A DNA stretch of 64,000 nt, from assembly GCA_964404165.1 (NCBI GenBank), contig CAYOIZ010000018.1:20164-84163 (forward strand), in the 5' to 3' direction. Positions 49,901 through 60,095 of the stretch are shown in pieces (position 1 is the first letter of the stretch; each line of letters begins with the position of its first letter). Position numbers and translations under genes: made by a program. The notes under the pieces are model-generated. The model did no database searches, was not told the DNA's origin, and saw only the letters and a program-made list of their open reading frames with translations. The DNA is from an uncultured Candidatus Binatia bacterium (lineage in GTDB: Bacteria > Desulfobacterota > Binatia > DP-6).

Positions 49901-51886
49901 GTGGTGGCGTTCGGCTCCAAAGCCTCGAACCTTGAGGGCCCGTTCACCGACAACAACTTCAACGACGACGTCTACGTCCGTGCGCTGAACCCCGCCCAGT
50001 CCCCGGCCGTCGACGCGCTGCTCTTCCCCGACGGGCTGCTCGACGACACGGTGCTGGAGGTCGTGAACGCGACCAGTGGAGCGGTGTCGACCAAGTGCCC
50101 CGCGGGCGACGTCTCGGTCGCGGGCGACGTCGCCGCCTATCTCCGGCCCGAGTCGGCGAGCGGCACGGGCGCGTGCCCGGGCGGCTCGCTGAACGCGGCC
50201 GACGCGGACGTCGCCGACGAGGTCGTGCAGCTCGTCCAGGCCGGCGGTCCGACGCAGAACCTGGGGCTCGCCGCGACCGCCATCGTCGCGACGCCGAGCC
50301 GCGTCGCCGCGCTCGTCTCCGAGCCGGGCGAGAATGCGGGCATCCTCAACGGCGACGGCGATGCCGACGACGACGTGCTGCACGTCTACGACGTCGCCGG
50401 CATGGCGTGGACGAACGTCGGTCGGGCCGCGGACGCGCTCGTGGCGTCGGCCGACCGGGTCGCGTTCATCGTACCCGAGCGCGCGCAGGGCACGGCGCCG
50501 CTCGACGGCGGCGACTCCCTGAACGGCGACGCCGACCCCGACGACCGCGTCGCGCACGTCTTCGATGCGGACACGGCGTCGTTGCTGAACCTCGGCGAGG
50601 CGGCCGAGGAGCTGGTGCTGGGCGACGCGTCCGGCACGGTCTGCGGTCCGCGCCACCTGGTCGCGATCCGCTCGAGCGAGGCCGCGCAGGGGAACGTGAC
50701 TGCCAACGGCGACGGCGACGCGCTCGACGCGGTGATGGTGGTCTACGACTTCGTCACCAACACCATCTACGATCTCGGCCAGGCGGTGACGCCGTGCCGG
50801 CTCGAGGCCTGCGACCCGAGCACGCCGTATCGGGTGAACGGCGGCGAGGTCCGCTTCCTCACCTTCGAGGGCGAGCAGGACGAGGACCTCGACGGCAACG
50901 GCGCCATCGGCGGGCTCGTGCTCCAGAGCTTCGACGTGTGCACGGGTGTCACGACCGTGATCGGCCAGGTCGACCCGGACTCCACCAGCGACCCGCTCGC
51001 GATCGTCGACGAGAGCCAGGTGTTCACGACGACGGCGGGCCGCTGCGCGTTGGAGCCGGCCGTCGCGTGCGCCGCGTCGAGCGAGTGCCCCGACGGCACG
51101 TTCTGCAACGCGCTCACCGCCCGCTGCACGCTGAACGCGCCCGGGGCGTGCGGCAGCGGCGACGACTGCCCGCCCGAGACGGCCTGCGTCGAGCAGCGGG
51201 TCACCGTCGGCACGCCGGTGCGCGACCTCGACGACGACGGCGTGCCCGACGAGCTCGACAACTGTCCGACGACGCCGAACCCGCTCCAGACCGACGGCGA
51301 CGGCGACGCCACGGGCGACGCCTGCGACGCCGCCATGGGCTGCCCCGCGACACCGCTCGCCGGCTGCCGCAGCCCGGCACCGCTCGGGTCGTCGCTATCC
51401 TCGAAGGAGGCCGGGCCCCCGGGCACGAAGGACAAGCTCGTGTGGAAGTGGGCGAAGGGCCCCGCCACCAGCCACGCCGACTTCGGCGATCCGGTCGCGA
51501 CCGACGCCTACCGGGTCTGCATGTACGGGGGCTCGTCCGCGCTGCTGCTCGAAGCGACGCTGCCGCCCGGAGGCACCTGCGCGGGCAAGCCGTGCTGGAA
51601 GCGGCTCGGCAGCCTGACGCAGCCGAAGGGATACCAGTACGCCGACAAGGCGGGTGCGGTGGGCGGCATCACCGGCTTGAAGCTCGGCCCGGGCGCCGAC
51701 GGCAAGGCGAAGATCACGCTCACCGCCAAGGGCAGCGGGCTGCGGCCGCCGCCGACGCCGGTGGTGTTCCCGCTGCGCGTGCAGTTGAGCGCGGCGGGGC
51801 AGTGCTGGGAGACCGCGTACGGCGCCGCCGAGGCGTCGAAGAACGTGTTCGGGGAGTTGAAGGCCAAGGGCCCCGCGGGCCCGTAG
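46904..51886 (+). CDS. giant secreted protein: seven PD40/TolB-like beta-propeller blades, Myxococcus-type cysteine-rich repeats, TSP3-like repeat and a novel C-terminal domain (1660 aa)
   Basis: Signal peptide MRRAVILSSVLATLLGVTASARA. Seven units of S(A/D)DGR(Y/F)V(V/A)F.S.A.NL. Cys-rich modules (ARCSTNLDCKGGLCATSCVEAPGTPCTVDGDCPSGACG; CAASSECPDGTFCNALTARCTLNAPGACGSGDDCPPETAC). DLDDDGVPDELDNCPTTPNPLQTDGDGDATGDACD. Lys/Trp/Cys-containing C-terminal 180 aa. Confidence 0.8.
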   Translation: MRRAVILSSVLATLLGVTASARAACNLIPGTEKTFGSVLGAANRPFAAPGERFELRLRKCDASTGFLPGGGDHVVTLAFKPPSGSDTRIVVLAADCSGIDLTPCGAPPGVVSATCREVTAGELATRADLDEGDRRLVITFPDTDDLVAGAADDLTLSGPVAIGVTAAGAPPACGLATGTCAAQTGLVACIDQFFASDGACGTAVANQTFATFTALPPPNDYQADCFSEDPPCTATATEVRAAVDGAGNLLIPMGWGGVLVADAGVPVPRLVRTRLGSPLPFSVPGQMFLGSFTPEGGLLPPILEPQLDPTVAAPDVVTFFGSVDAPYTIIRVAKRHGTCAGGSEAGARCSTNLDCKGGLCATSCVEAPGTPCTVDGDCPSGACGRLFDFTPLVASGAPVVLPRSVPHFCQLAPHAACAGPGDCPAVGDACVTYALEATTPVPLDGLAASQTARTFTISESIDGVDRNGDGDTNDSVMTFRARASGQQNALGATAGCGLSGTPEGRAAIRVQEAPFSFPAVAVENDVLAFLESEYGQLACDQTGDFDFSDGILRIFRLGIGETPIATARAVDVAPRIDGAPVAVANGRAYVRTSEADMGRHGVARASRSFGGGDANAASYAGDVSADGRYVVYSSNASNLIAPGLDTGGLGDLFRYDRQTGTTVRVSEAFGGGSPNGYSGDPSISADGRFVAFDSTATNLLAAPVGDGFTSAVYVRDLQMGTTELVSEAFGGGFPNGTSFLPAISDDGQVIALVSRASDLLAPGEDTNNDQDVFVYDRVADTIERVSVFSNGAEAPAPGLGAGTLVMTGDGRFVTFLSDQGFDPADTNGMADLYLRDRVLGTTELVSVAFAGGGTGNITRPGGISADGRYVVFSSCDTGLLLAPGKDTNGQCDVFVRDRVRGTNERVSVASDGSQIQAGGFIFTGTLGNRAMSADGRFVAFISRAPNMVLGTLFAGAYPVFVHDRASGVTEQVTVAANGTPAEDFGGTFPQPASLSADGRVVAFGSKASNLEGPFTDNNFNDDVYVRALNPAQSPAVDALLFPDGLLDDTVLEVVNATSGAVSTKCPAGDVSVAGDVAAYLRPESASGTGACPGGSLNAADADVADEVVQLVQAGGPTQNLGLAATAIVATPSRVAALVSEPGENAGILNGDGDADDDVLHVYDVAGMAWTNVGRAADALVASADRVAFIVPERAQGTAPLDGGDSLNGDADPDDRVAHVFDADTASLLNLGEAAEELVLGDASGTVCGPRHLVAIRSSEAAQGNVTANGDGDALDAVMVVYDFVTNTIYDLGQAVTPCRLEACDPSTPYRVNGGEVRFLTFEGEQDEDLDGNGAIGGLVLQSFDVCTGVTTVIGQVDPDSTSDPLAIVDESQVFTTTAGRCALEPAVACAASSECPDGTFCNALTARCTLNAPGACGSGDDCPPETACVEQRVTVGTPVRDLDDDGVPDELDNCPTTPNPLQTDGDGDATGDACDAAMGCPATPLAGCRSPAPLGSSLSSKEAGPPGTKDKLVWKWAKGPATSHADFGDPVATDAYRVCMYGGSSALLLEATLPPGGTCAGKPCWKRLGSLTQPKGYQYADKAGAVGGITGLKLGPGADGKAKITLTAKGSGLRPPPTPVVFPLRVQLSAAGQCWETAYGAAEASKNVFGELKAKGPAGP

Positions 51887-51928
51887 CCCGGCGCCACCGC
51901 GGTCGACTCCTCGCGCAGCGAATCGACG

Positions 51929-52813
51929 TCACCCCGTGAGCAGCGCCGCGCCGATCACGCCCGCCGAGTCGCCGAGCGCGTTGCGCACGATCGGCGTCCG
52001 CAGCTCGTCGTTGAAGACCTGCCGCGCGACGGCGTCGCGGCCACGGTCGTACAGCGCGTCGAGATTCGAGAGCCCGCCGCCGAGCACGACGACGTCCGGA
52101 TCGAGGATGTCGATCACGTTCGCCAGCGCGCGCCCGTAGCGCTCGAGCCAGGCGTCGAGCGCGGCCGCGGCGCGCGCCTCGCCCCGCGCCGCGCGCCGGC
52201 CGATCTCCGCGGCGTCGCATCCGCCGCCGTACGCCCGCTCCAGCGCCGGACCGCAGAGGAACGTCTCGACACACCCGCGCCGGCCGCAGTAGCAGTCGGG
52301 TCCGGCGGGATCGAGCACGTGATGCCCCCACTCCCCGGCGATCCGCTGGCAGCCCGACCAGAGCCGGCCGTCGAGGACGAGGCCGCCGCCGACGCCCGTC
52401 CCCAGGATCACACCGAACACGACGCGACGCCCCTGCCCCGCCCCGGCGCCGGCCTCGGCGAGCGCGAAGCAGTTCGCGTCGTTCTCGATGCGCACCGGTA
52501 CCCCGAGCCGCGCCGCGAGGTCGTCCGCGAGCGGCATCCCGTTGAGACACGTCGTGTTCGAGTTCTTGAGCCGCCCGTCGCGCATGGACAGCGAGCCCGG
52601 CGTGCCCACGCCGACCTGGCGGAGGTCCGGTACGAGCGGCCGCAGCGCCGCGACGACCTCGCCGACGCGGTCGAGGATGTGCGCGTAGCCGCGGTCGCGC
52701 TGCGTCGCGACGCGGTGGCGGCCGATCGGCCGCTGGCCGGCGTCGAGCACGACGCCCTCGATCTTCGTGCCGCCGAGGTCGACGCCGAGATGGAGGCCTA
52801 CGCCGGACGCCAC
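51929..52813 (-). CDS. ROK family sugar kinase (glucokinase/N-acetylglucosamine kinase-like)
   Basis: LGVDLGGTKIEGVVLD N-terminus, ROK Zn motif GEWGHHVLDPAGPDCYCGRRGCVET. Probable GTG start at 52813 (overlaps the DUF35 gene end by 16 nt). The 97 upstream codons of the track ORF are rejected. Confidence 0.75.
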   Translation of the reverse strand: MASGVGLHLGVDLGGTKIEGVVLDAGQRPIGRHRVATQRDRGYAHILDRVGEVVAALRPLVPDLRQVGVGTPGSLSMRDGRLKNSNTTCLNGMPLADDLAARLGVPVRIENDANCFALAEAGAGAGQGRRVVFGVILGTGVGGGLVLDGRLWSGCQRIAGEWGHHVLDPAGPDCYCGRRGCVETFLCGPALERAYGGGCDAAEIGRRAARGEARAAAALDAWLERYGRALANVIDILDPDVVVLGGGLSNLDALYDRGRDAVARQVFNDELRTPIVRNALGDSAGVIGAALLTG

Positions 52814-53202
52814 TGCGGCACGAGGTCGCCGTCGATCGACGGCGCGAAGTCGACCACCATCGGCAGCCCGATGCGCAGCACGTCCGGCGTCGCGCCGACC
52901 AGATTGCCCATCGTGCGCGGCCCCTCGTCGGTCTGCACGAGCACGACCGGATACGGCGTCCGCTCCTTCCACGCCGGCAGGACGGGCGGATGGCAGATCA
53001 CCCACGACAGGACACGGGCTCGACCGCTGGCGAGGGCCCACTCGTGCTCGAACGAGAGACACGTCGGACACATCGGCTGCGGCGGATGCCGCCAGCCCGT
53101 GCACTGGACGCAGCGCTGGAAGCGCAGCTCGCGATTGCGGCCCGCCTCCCAGTAGGGAATCCAGTCGGCGCCGCCGGTGCGGCGAACGAAGTCGTCGGCC
53201 AT
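52798..53202 (-). CDS. DUF35 Zn-ribbon/OB-fold protein (thiolase-associated)
   Basis: CVQCTGWRHPPQPMCPTC zinc ribbon, then an OB-fold (ARVLSWVICH ... YPVVLVQTDEG). The ATG overlaps the thiolase stop (TGATG). Confidence 0.7.
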   Translation of the reverse strand: MADDFVRRTGGADWIPYWEAGRNRELRFQRCVQCTGWRHPPQPMCPTCLSFEHEWALASGRARVLSWVICHPPVLPAWKERTPYPVVLVQTDEGPRTMGNLVGATPDVLRIGLPMVVDFAPSIDGDLVPQWRPA

Positions 53203-54365
53203 CAGTCGCCTCGCAGGAGCAGCGCGCCCGTCGGCACCATGTTGCCGCTCGTCGCCAGCGAGAGCTTCGCGCCGGGCACCTGGTTCACCGACGTGCCGCG
53301 GATCTGCCGCGTCGCCTCGATGATGAGGTTGATGCCATGGACGTAGGCCTCGGAGAGGCTGCCGCCGCTGGTGTTGTTCGGCAGGCGTCCGCCCACCTCG
53401 AGCCCGCCGTGCTCGACGAAGGCGCCCGCCTCGCCCGGCTTGCAGAAGCCGTATTCCTCGAGCGACGCCAGCACGAGCGGCGTGAACGCGTCATAGAGCT
53501 GCGCGACGTCGACCTCGTGCGGTGCGACGCCGGCCATCGCCCACAGGTCGCGCGCCGCGTACGCGCCCGGCGACTCGAGCAGCGGGTCCTTGAAGAAGTT
53601 GTTCATCGTGAAGTTGCGCGGTCCCATGCCCTGCGACGCGGCGCGGATGTAGGCCGGCTTCTGCTTGAGATCGCGCGCCATGTCGGCGGCGGCGACGATG
53701 ACCGCCGCGGCGCCGTCGGTCTCGAGGCAGTTGTCGAAGAGGCGCAGCGGATCGGAGATGAGGCGCGAGTTGGCGTGGTCGTCGAGCGTCATCGGCTCGC
53801 GCATCATGGCCATGGGATTGTTCATCGCATGCTTGCGCGTGCTCACCGCGATCCAGCCGAGGTGGCGCGTGGAATAGCCGCGGTCGTGCAGGAAGGCACG
53901 CGCGAACATCGCCACCTGGTCGACGGGGCGCACGAAGCCGTAGGGCGAGTAGAAGGCGGTCTCGTTGCCCTCGGTGGCCGACTGGTCACGCTCCCGCGAC
54001 GTCCCCGCCCACGGCCGTCCGCCGGAGCCCCGATTGCGCGAGCGGTAGATCAGCACGCAGCGCGCCATGCCCGCGGCGATGGCCGCCGCCGCGTGGCCGA
54101 CGACGCCGCATCCGCCGCCGCCGCCGTAGCCCACCTCGCCGAAGAAGCGCAGGTTCGGCACGCCGAGGTTGCGCGCGATGGCGTTCTCCGACGTGACCTG
54201 GATGCTCCACTTGGTCATGCCGTCGAGGTCCCGCGGGCGCAGCCCGGCGTCCTCGAGTGCGAGGCGCGCGGCCTCGAGCGCGGTCACCTCTTCCGAGCGG
54301 CCGATGTTCTTCGAGAACGGCAGCTGCCCGATGCCGACGATCGCCGCCTTGTCCCTGAGCGACAC
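53202..54365 (-). CDS. thiolase-like protein (SCP-x/Ltp subfamily)
   Basis: KAAIVGIGQLPFSK ... GYGGGGGCGVVGHAAAAIAAG (Cys aligned with the SCPx catalytic Cys) ... NNTSGGSLSEAYVHGIN. Probable GTG start at 54365. The upstream 87 codons of the track ORF are Arg/Ser-rich read-through. Confidence 0.75.
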   Translation of the reverse strand: MSLRDKAAIVGIGQLPFSKNIGRSEEVTALEAARLALEDAGLRPRDLDGMTKWSIQVTSENAIARNLGVPNLRFFGEVGYGGGGGCGVVGHAAAAIAAGMARCVLIYRSRNRGSGGRPWAGTSRERDQSATEGNETAFYSPYGFVRPVDQVAMFARAFLHDRGYSTRHLGWIAVSTRKHAMNNPMAMMREPMTLDDHANSRLISDPLRLFDNCLETDGAAAVIVAAADMARDLKQKPAYIRAASQGMGPRNFTMNNFFKDPLLESPGAYAARDLWAMAGVAPHEVDVAQLYDAFTPLVLASLEEYGFCKPGEAGAFVEHGGLEVGGRLPNNTSGGSLSEAYVHGINLIIEATRQIRGTSVNQVPGAKLSLATSGNMVPTGALLLRGD

Positions 54366-54405
54366 GGGCGCGGTCTTAGCAGGGCTGCCACGGGCCCGCC
54401 AAGGG

Positions 54406-56199
<1,794 letters not shown>

Positions 56200-56407
56200 T
56201 CGCTCGGCGCTCTCCCCGTCGCTGGCGCCACGTCCGGACGGGCGCCTGGCGCGGATGGATGGGCTTCGAAAGCAACCCGCATGCCGTGTGCTGGGCGGCC
56301 TGGCGCTTGCTGTGGTCGGCCTTCCTTCGATAACCTCCGGTCCGCTTCGCCGGCTGACCAGATGCGCATGGACCACCTCATCCTCCCCCACCATCGGACA
56401 CCCTGAC

Positions 56408-57256
56408 GTGCCAGGTATTCGCGATCGATTCGCCGCACAGGTGGGCACCGGCGCCCGCTGCGATCTGGCAGGAGCCGCCCTCGAGATCGCGCGCATCGCG
56501 TATCCCGATCTCGACCCTGCCCCCTGGCTGCGCCGCCTGGACGAGCTGGCCGCCGCCGTGGCGCCGCGCGTGTCGCCACAGATGGCTCCCGCCGACGCCG
56601 TCGCCGAGCTGACGCGCTTCCTGTTCGAGGAGTGCGGCTTCCGCGGCAACCAGGACGACTACTACGACCCGCGCAACAGCTTCCTGAACGACGTCCTCGA
56701 GCGACGCCTCGGCATCCCGATCTCGCTGTCGGTCCTGATGATCGAGATCGGCAATCGCATCGGGCTCGACGTCGAGGGCGTCGGCTTCCCGGGGCACTTC
56801 CTGGTGCGCATCAACACCGACGGCGCGCCGCTGCTGATCGACCCGTTCCACGCCGGCACGCCGGTCGACGACGCCGACCTGCTCGCACGCCTGCGCTCGC
56901 TGTCGCAGGCCAGCCGCGGCGGCGGGCCCGACTTCGCGCACGTGCCCGACGAGTTCCTCGAGGCGGCGAGCGAGCGCGGCATCCTCGGACGCATGCTGCG
57001 CAACCTCCTGCGGATATGGCTCGAGAAGGACGACCACGCGCACGCGCTCGCGGCCGTCGATCTGCTGCTCGTGCTCACGCCGCACGCCGCCGACGACATC
57101 CGCACGCGCGGCTTCCTCTACGAGGAGCTCGACTGTCCCGCCGCCGCGGCGGAGGACCTGCGCCGCTACCTCGACCTGGCCCCCGACGCCCCCGACGCCG
57201 ACGAGGTGCGGGGACGCCTGTCGCGTCTCGCCGACGAGACGCCCACGTTCCACTGA
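56408..57256 (+). CDS. SirB1/YchA-like transglutaminase-like + TPR-like family protein
   Basis: CDLAGAALEIARIAYPDLD ... FRGNQDDYYDPRNSFLNDVLERRLGIPISLSVLMIEIGNRIGLDVEGVGFPGHFLVR matches the UPF0162/SirB1 family. Probable GTG start at 56408. Confidence 0.65.
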   Translation: MPGIRDRFAAQVGTGARCDLAGAALEIARIAYPDLDPAPWLRRLDELAAAVAPRVSPQMAPADAVAELTRFLFEECGFRGNQDDYYDPRNSFLNDVLERRLGIPISLSVLMIEIGNRIGLDVEGVGFPGHFLVRINTDGAPLLIDPFHAGTPVDDADLLARLRSLSQASRGGGPDFAHVPDEFLEAASERGILGRMLRNLLRIWLEKDDHAHALAAVDLLLVLTPHAADDIRTRGFLYEELDCPAAAAEDLRRYLDLAPDAPDADEVRGRLSRLADETPTFH

Positions 57257-57264
57257 CGGCGCGC

Positions 57265-57867
57265 ATGGATCACATCCAGCGACTCTTCGAGGCCAACAAG
57301 AAATGGGTGGCGGAGATGACCACCGCCGACCCGGACTTCTTCCGCCGTCGCGCCGGGCGCCAGGAACCGCACTTCCTCTTCATCGGCTGCTCCGACAGCC
57401 GCGTGCCGGCGAATTCGCTCACGGGTGCGTTGCCGGGCGAGCTGTTCGTGCACCGCAACGTCGCCAACCAGGTCTTCCCGGGCGACATGAACGTGCTGTC
57501 GGTGATCGAGTACGCCGTCGACGTGCTGAAGGTCCCGCACGTGATCGTGTGCGGCCACTACGGCTGCGGCGGCGTGCTGGCCGCGATGGGCACGCCGACG
57601 ATGGGGCTCGTCGATCACTGGCTCGGCGGCATCCGCAACGTGATGCGGCTGCACCAGACCGAGCTCGACGCCGTCACCGATCCGGAGGCGCGCTATCGCC
57701 GGCTCGTCGACCTGAACGTCGTCGAGCAGGTCTACAACCTGTCGCGCATGCCGGTCATCCAGCGCGCCTGGGAGCACGGCCGCTCGCCGCTCCTGCACGG
57801 GCTCGTCTACGACATCGCCGACGGCCTGCTGCACCCCCTGGCCCTCGACGTCGACGGGCCCACCTGA
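57265..57867 (+). CDS. beta-class carbonic anhydrase
   Basis: FIGCSDSRVP ... HYGCGGV Zn ligands (C-D-R, H-C). Start at MDHIQRLFEANKKW. Confidence 0.85.
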   Translation: MDHIQRLFEANKKWVAEMTTADPDFFRRRAGRQEPHFLFIGCSDSRVPANSLTGALPGELFVHRNVANQVFPGDMNVLSVIEYAVDVLKVPHVIVCGHYGCGGVLAAMGTPTMGLVDHWLGGIRNVMRLHQTELDAVTDPEARYRRLVDLNVVEQVYNLSRMPVIQRAWEHGRSPLLHGLVYDIADGLLHPLALDVDGPT

Positions 57868-57916
57868 CGTTCCCGCGGCTTGACCCCCCGACGGGCGGAA
57901 CGTAGGCTCGCGCGCG

Positions 57917-58345
57917 ATGGCGTGGTGGGTGTGGGCGCTGGTCGGCCTCGTGCTGCTGGCGATCGAGATCGTCACCCCGGGCGGGTTCTTCGTCATCTTC
58001 TTCGGCCTGGCCGCGCTCGCCGTCGGCGTGCTCGTCGGCATCGGCGCCGGCGGCCCCGACTGGATGCAGTGGCTGCTGTTCTCGGTGCTGGCCGTGGGCT
58101 CGCTCGTGCTGTTCCGTGGCCGCCTCGTCGACCGCTTCCGCGACGGCAGCGGACCGTCGCCGAGCAATCTGGTCGGCGAGATCGCCACCCTGGCGGACGA
58201 TCTGCCACCGGGCGGCGTCGGCAAGGCCGAGCTGCGCGGCACGACGTGGTCCGTGCGCCACGACGGCGACGGCACGCTCGCGCGCGGACAACGATGCCGC
58301 GTGAAGCGTGTCGACGGCCTGATGCTGTGGGTCCGCGCGGAGTGA
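57917..58345 (+). CDS. NfeD-family membrane protein (stomatin-operon partner)
   Basis: Two or three TM helices, then a C-terminal OB-fold beta domain (GKAELRGTTWSVRHDGDGTLARGQRCRVKRVDGLMLWV). Lies immediately upstream of an SPFH gene. Confidence 0.75.
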   Translation: MAWWVWALVGLVLLAIEIVTPGGFFVIFFGLAALAVGVLVGIGAGGPDWMQWLLFSVLAVGSLVLFRGRLVDRFRDGSGPSPSNLVGEIATLADDLPPGGVGKAELRGTTWSVRHDGDGTLARGQRCRVKRVDGLMLWVRAE

Positions 58346-58358
58346 AGGGAGAGTCGTC

Positions 58359-59288
58359 ATGAGTGGTGCACTGGTCGTCTTCCTGGTCCTGGCCTTCCTC
58401 GTGGTGACCGTCGTCGCCAAGACGGCCGTCGTCGTCCCGCAGCAGAGTGCCTTCGTGGTGGAGCGCCTCGGCAAGTATCGGGGCACGATGCACGCGGGGT
58501 TCCACATCCTGGTGCCGTTCGTGGACGTGGTGCGCTACCGCCATTCACTCAAGGAATCGGCGATGGACATCCCGGAACAGGTCTGCATCACGCGCGACAA
58601 CGTGCAGGTGCACGTCGACGGGGTGCTCTACCTGCAGGTGCTGAACCCCGAGCGCGCCTCCTACGGCGTCGCCGACTACCTGTTCGCCATCAGCCAGCTG
58701 GCGCAGACCACGCTGCGCAGCGAGATGGGGAAGATCGAGCTCGACCGCACCTTCGAGGAGCGCGCCCACATCAACGTCGCGATCGTGAACGAGCTCGACA
58801 AGGCGTCGGAACCCTGGGGCGTCAAGGTGCTGCGCTACGAGATCAAGAACATCACGCCGCCCGCCGACGTCATCGCGGCCATGGAGAAGCAGATGCGCGC
58901 CGAGCGCGAGAAGCGCGCCGTCATCCTCACCTCCGAGGGCGTGCGCGACGCCGCGGTGAACACGGCCGAGGGCGACAAGCAGCAGGTCATCAAGCAGTCC
59001 GAGGCCAGCCGCCAGCAGCAGGTGAACGAGGCCGAGGGCGCCGCCGCCGCGATCCAGGCCATCGCCACCGCCACCGCCGACGGCATCCGCAAGGTCGCCG
59101 AGGCCATCCAGGTGCCGGGCGGCCACGAGGCGGTGCAGCTCCGAGTCGCCGAGCAGTACGTGAACCGCTTCGGTGAGCTGGCCAAGGTCAACAACACCAT
59201 GATCCTGCCCGCGAACCTCACGGACGTCGGCGCGATGGTCGCCACCGCGCTCACCGTCATCCAGAAGCAACCAGGAAATCGCTCGTGA
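58359..59288 (+). CDS. SPFH/band-7 (stomatin-like) family protein
   Basis: N-terminal TM, PQQSAFVVERLGKY, ITRDNVQVHVDGVLYLQV, LRSEMGKIELDRTFEERAHIN and a coiled-coil C-terminus. Confidence 0.85.
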   Translation: MSGALVVFLVLAFLVVTVVAKTAVVVPQQSAFVVERLGKYRGTMHAGFHILVPFVDVVRYRHSLKESAMDIPEQVCITRDNVQVHVDGVLYLQVLNPERASYGVADYLFAISQLAQTTLRSEMGKIELDRTFEERAHINVAIVNELDKASEPWGVKVLRYEIKNITPPADVIAAMEKQMRAEREKRAVILTSEGVRDAAVNTAEGDKQQVIKQSEASRQQQVNEAEGAAAAIQAIATATADGIRKVAEAIQVPGGHEAVQLRVAEQYVNRFGELAKVNNTMILPANLTDVGAMVATALTVIQKQPGNRS

Positions 59289-60091
59289 ACCAGCACGCCA
59301 GCGGCGGGGCCGCCCCGTCCGCCGTTCCCGAGCTGCCCTTCGCCGAGCAGGCCCGCACCCTCGTGCACTGCGGCCGCACCGGCACCCTCTGCACCCAGTC
59401 GCAGCGTCAGCCCGGCTTCCCGTTCGGCTCGATCGCACTCTACGGTCTCGACGAGCGCGGCCGGCCGACGTTCCTGATCAGCACGATGGCGATGCACACG
59501 CAGAACCTGGCGGCCGATCCGAAGGCCAGCCTGCTGGTGCCGCAGCCCGGCTGGACGGGCGACCCGCTCGCCGGCGCGCGCGTCACGCTGCTCGGCCCGA
59601 TCACGCCGGTGCCGAGGCCGGAGGTCGAGGCGGTGCGCGCCGACTACCTCGCGCGCCACGAGAACGCGAAGTACTGGGTCGACTTCGACGACTTCGCCTT
59701 CCATCGTCTCGACGTCGTGGACTGCTACTACGTCGCCGGGTTCGGGGCCATGGGTTGGGTGCCGGCGTCCGAGTACCTCGCCACGTCGCCAGATCCGCTC
59801 GCGGACGCGTCGGAAGCCATCCTGGCGCACATGAACGCCGATCACGCCGATGCGCTCGTGCTCTACTGCCAGGTGTTCGCTGGCATCGAGGCGACGAGTG
59901 CCACGATGACCGCGGTCGATCGGCTGGGGTTCCGCGTCCGCGCGCAGACGGCGGATCGCCTCGCGGGGATCCGCATCCCGTTTCCGCGCGAGGTGCGATC
60001 GACGAAAGACGCGCGCGTGGTGCTGGTGGAGATGGTGCGCGAGGCGCGCGAGCGGAGCGGCGCACCGCCGCTGGCGTCCGAGACGCACTGA
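59285..60091 (+). CDS. HugZ-like protein (pyridoxamine 5'-phosphate oxidase-like split-barrel + DUF2470)
   Basis: ARTLVHCGRTGTLCT ... GFPFGSIALYGLDERGRPTFLISTMAMHTQNL (PNPOx-like FMN-binding split barrel), then C-terminal LAHMNADHADAL (DUF2470). GTG start overlaps the SPFH stop (GTGA). Confidence 0.7.
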   Translation: MNQHASGGAAPSAVPELPFAEQARTLVHCGRTGTLCTQSQRQPGFPFGSIALYGLDERGRPTFLISTMAMHTQNLAADPKASLLVPQPGWTGDPLAGARVTLLGPITPVPRPEVEAVRADYLARHENAKYWVDFDDFAFHRLDVVDCYYVAGFGAMGWVPASEYLATSPDPLADASEAILAHMNADHADALVLYCQVFAGIEATSATMTAVDRLGFRVRAQTADRLAGIRIPFPREVRSTKDARVVLVEMVREARERSGAPPLASETH

Positions 60092-60095
60092 CGCG

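Noticed and set aside
48077-50656. 859-aa minus-strand ORF inside the giant secreted-protein gene
   Set aside because: Antisense to a gene with strong repeat-family signatures. Translation is low-complexity.
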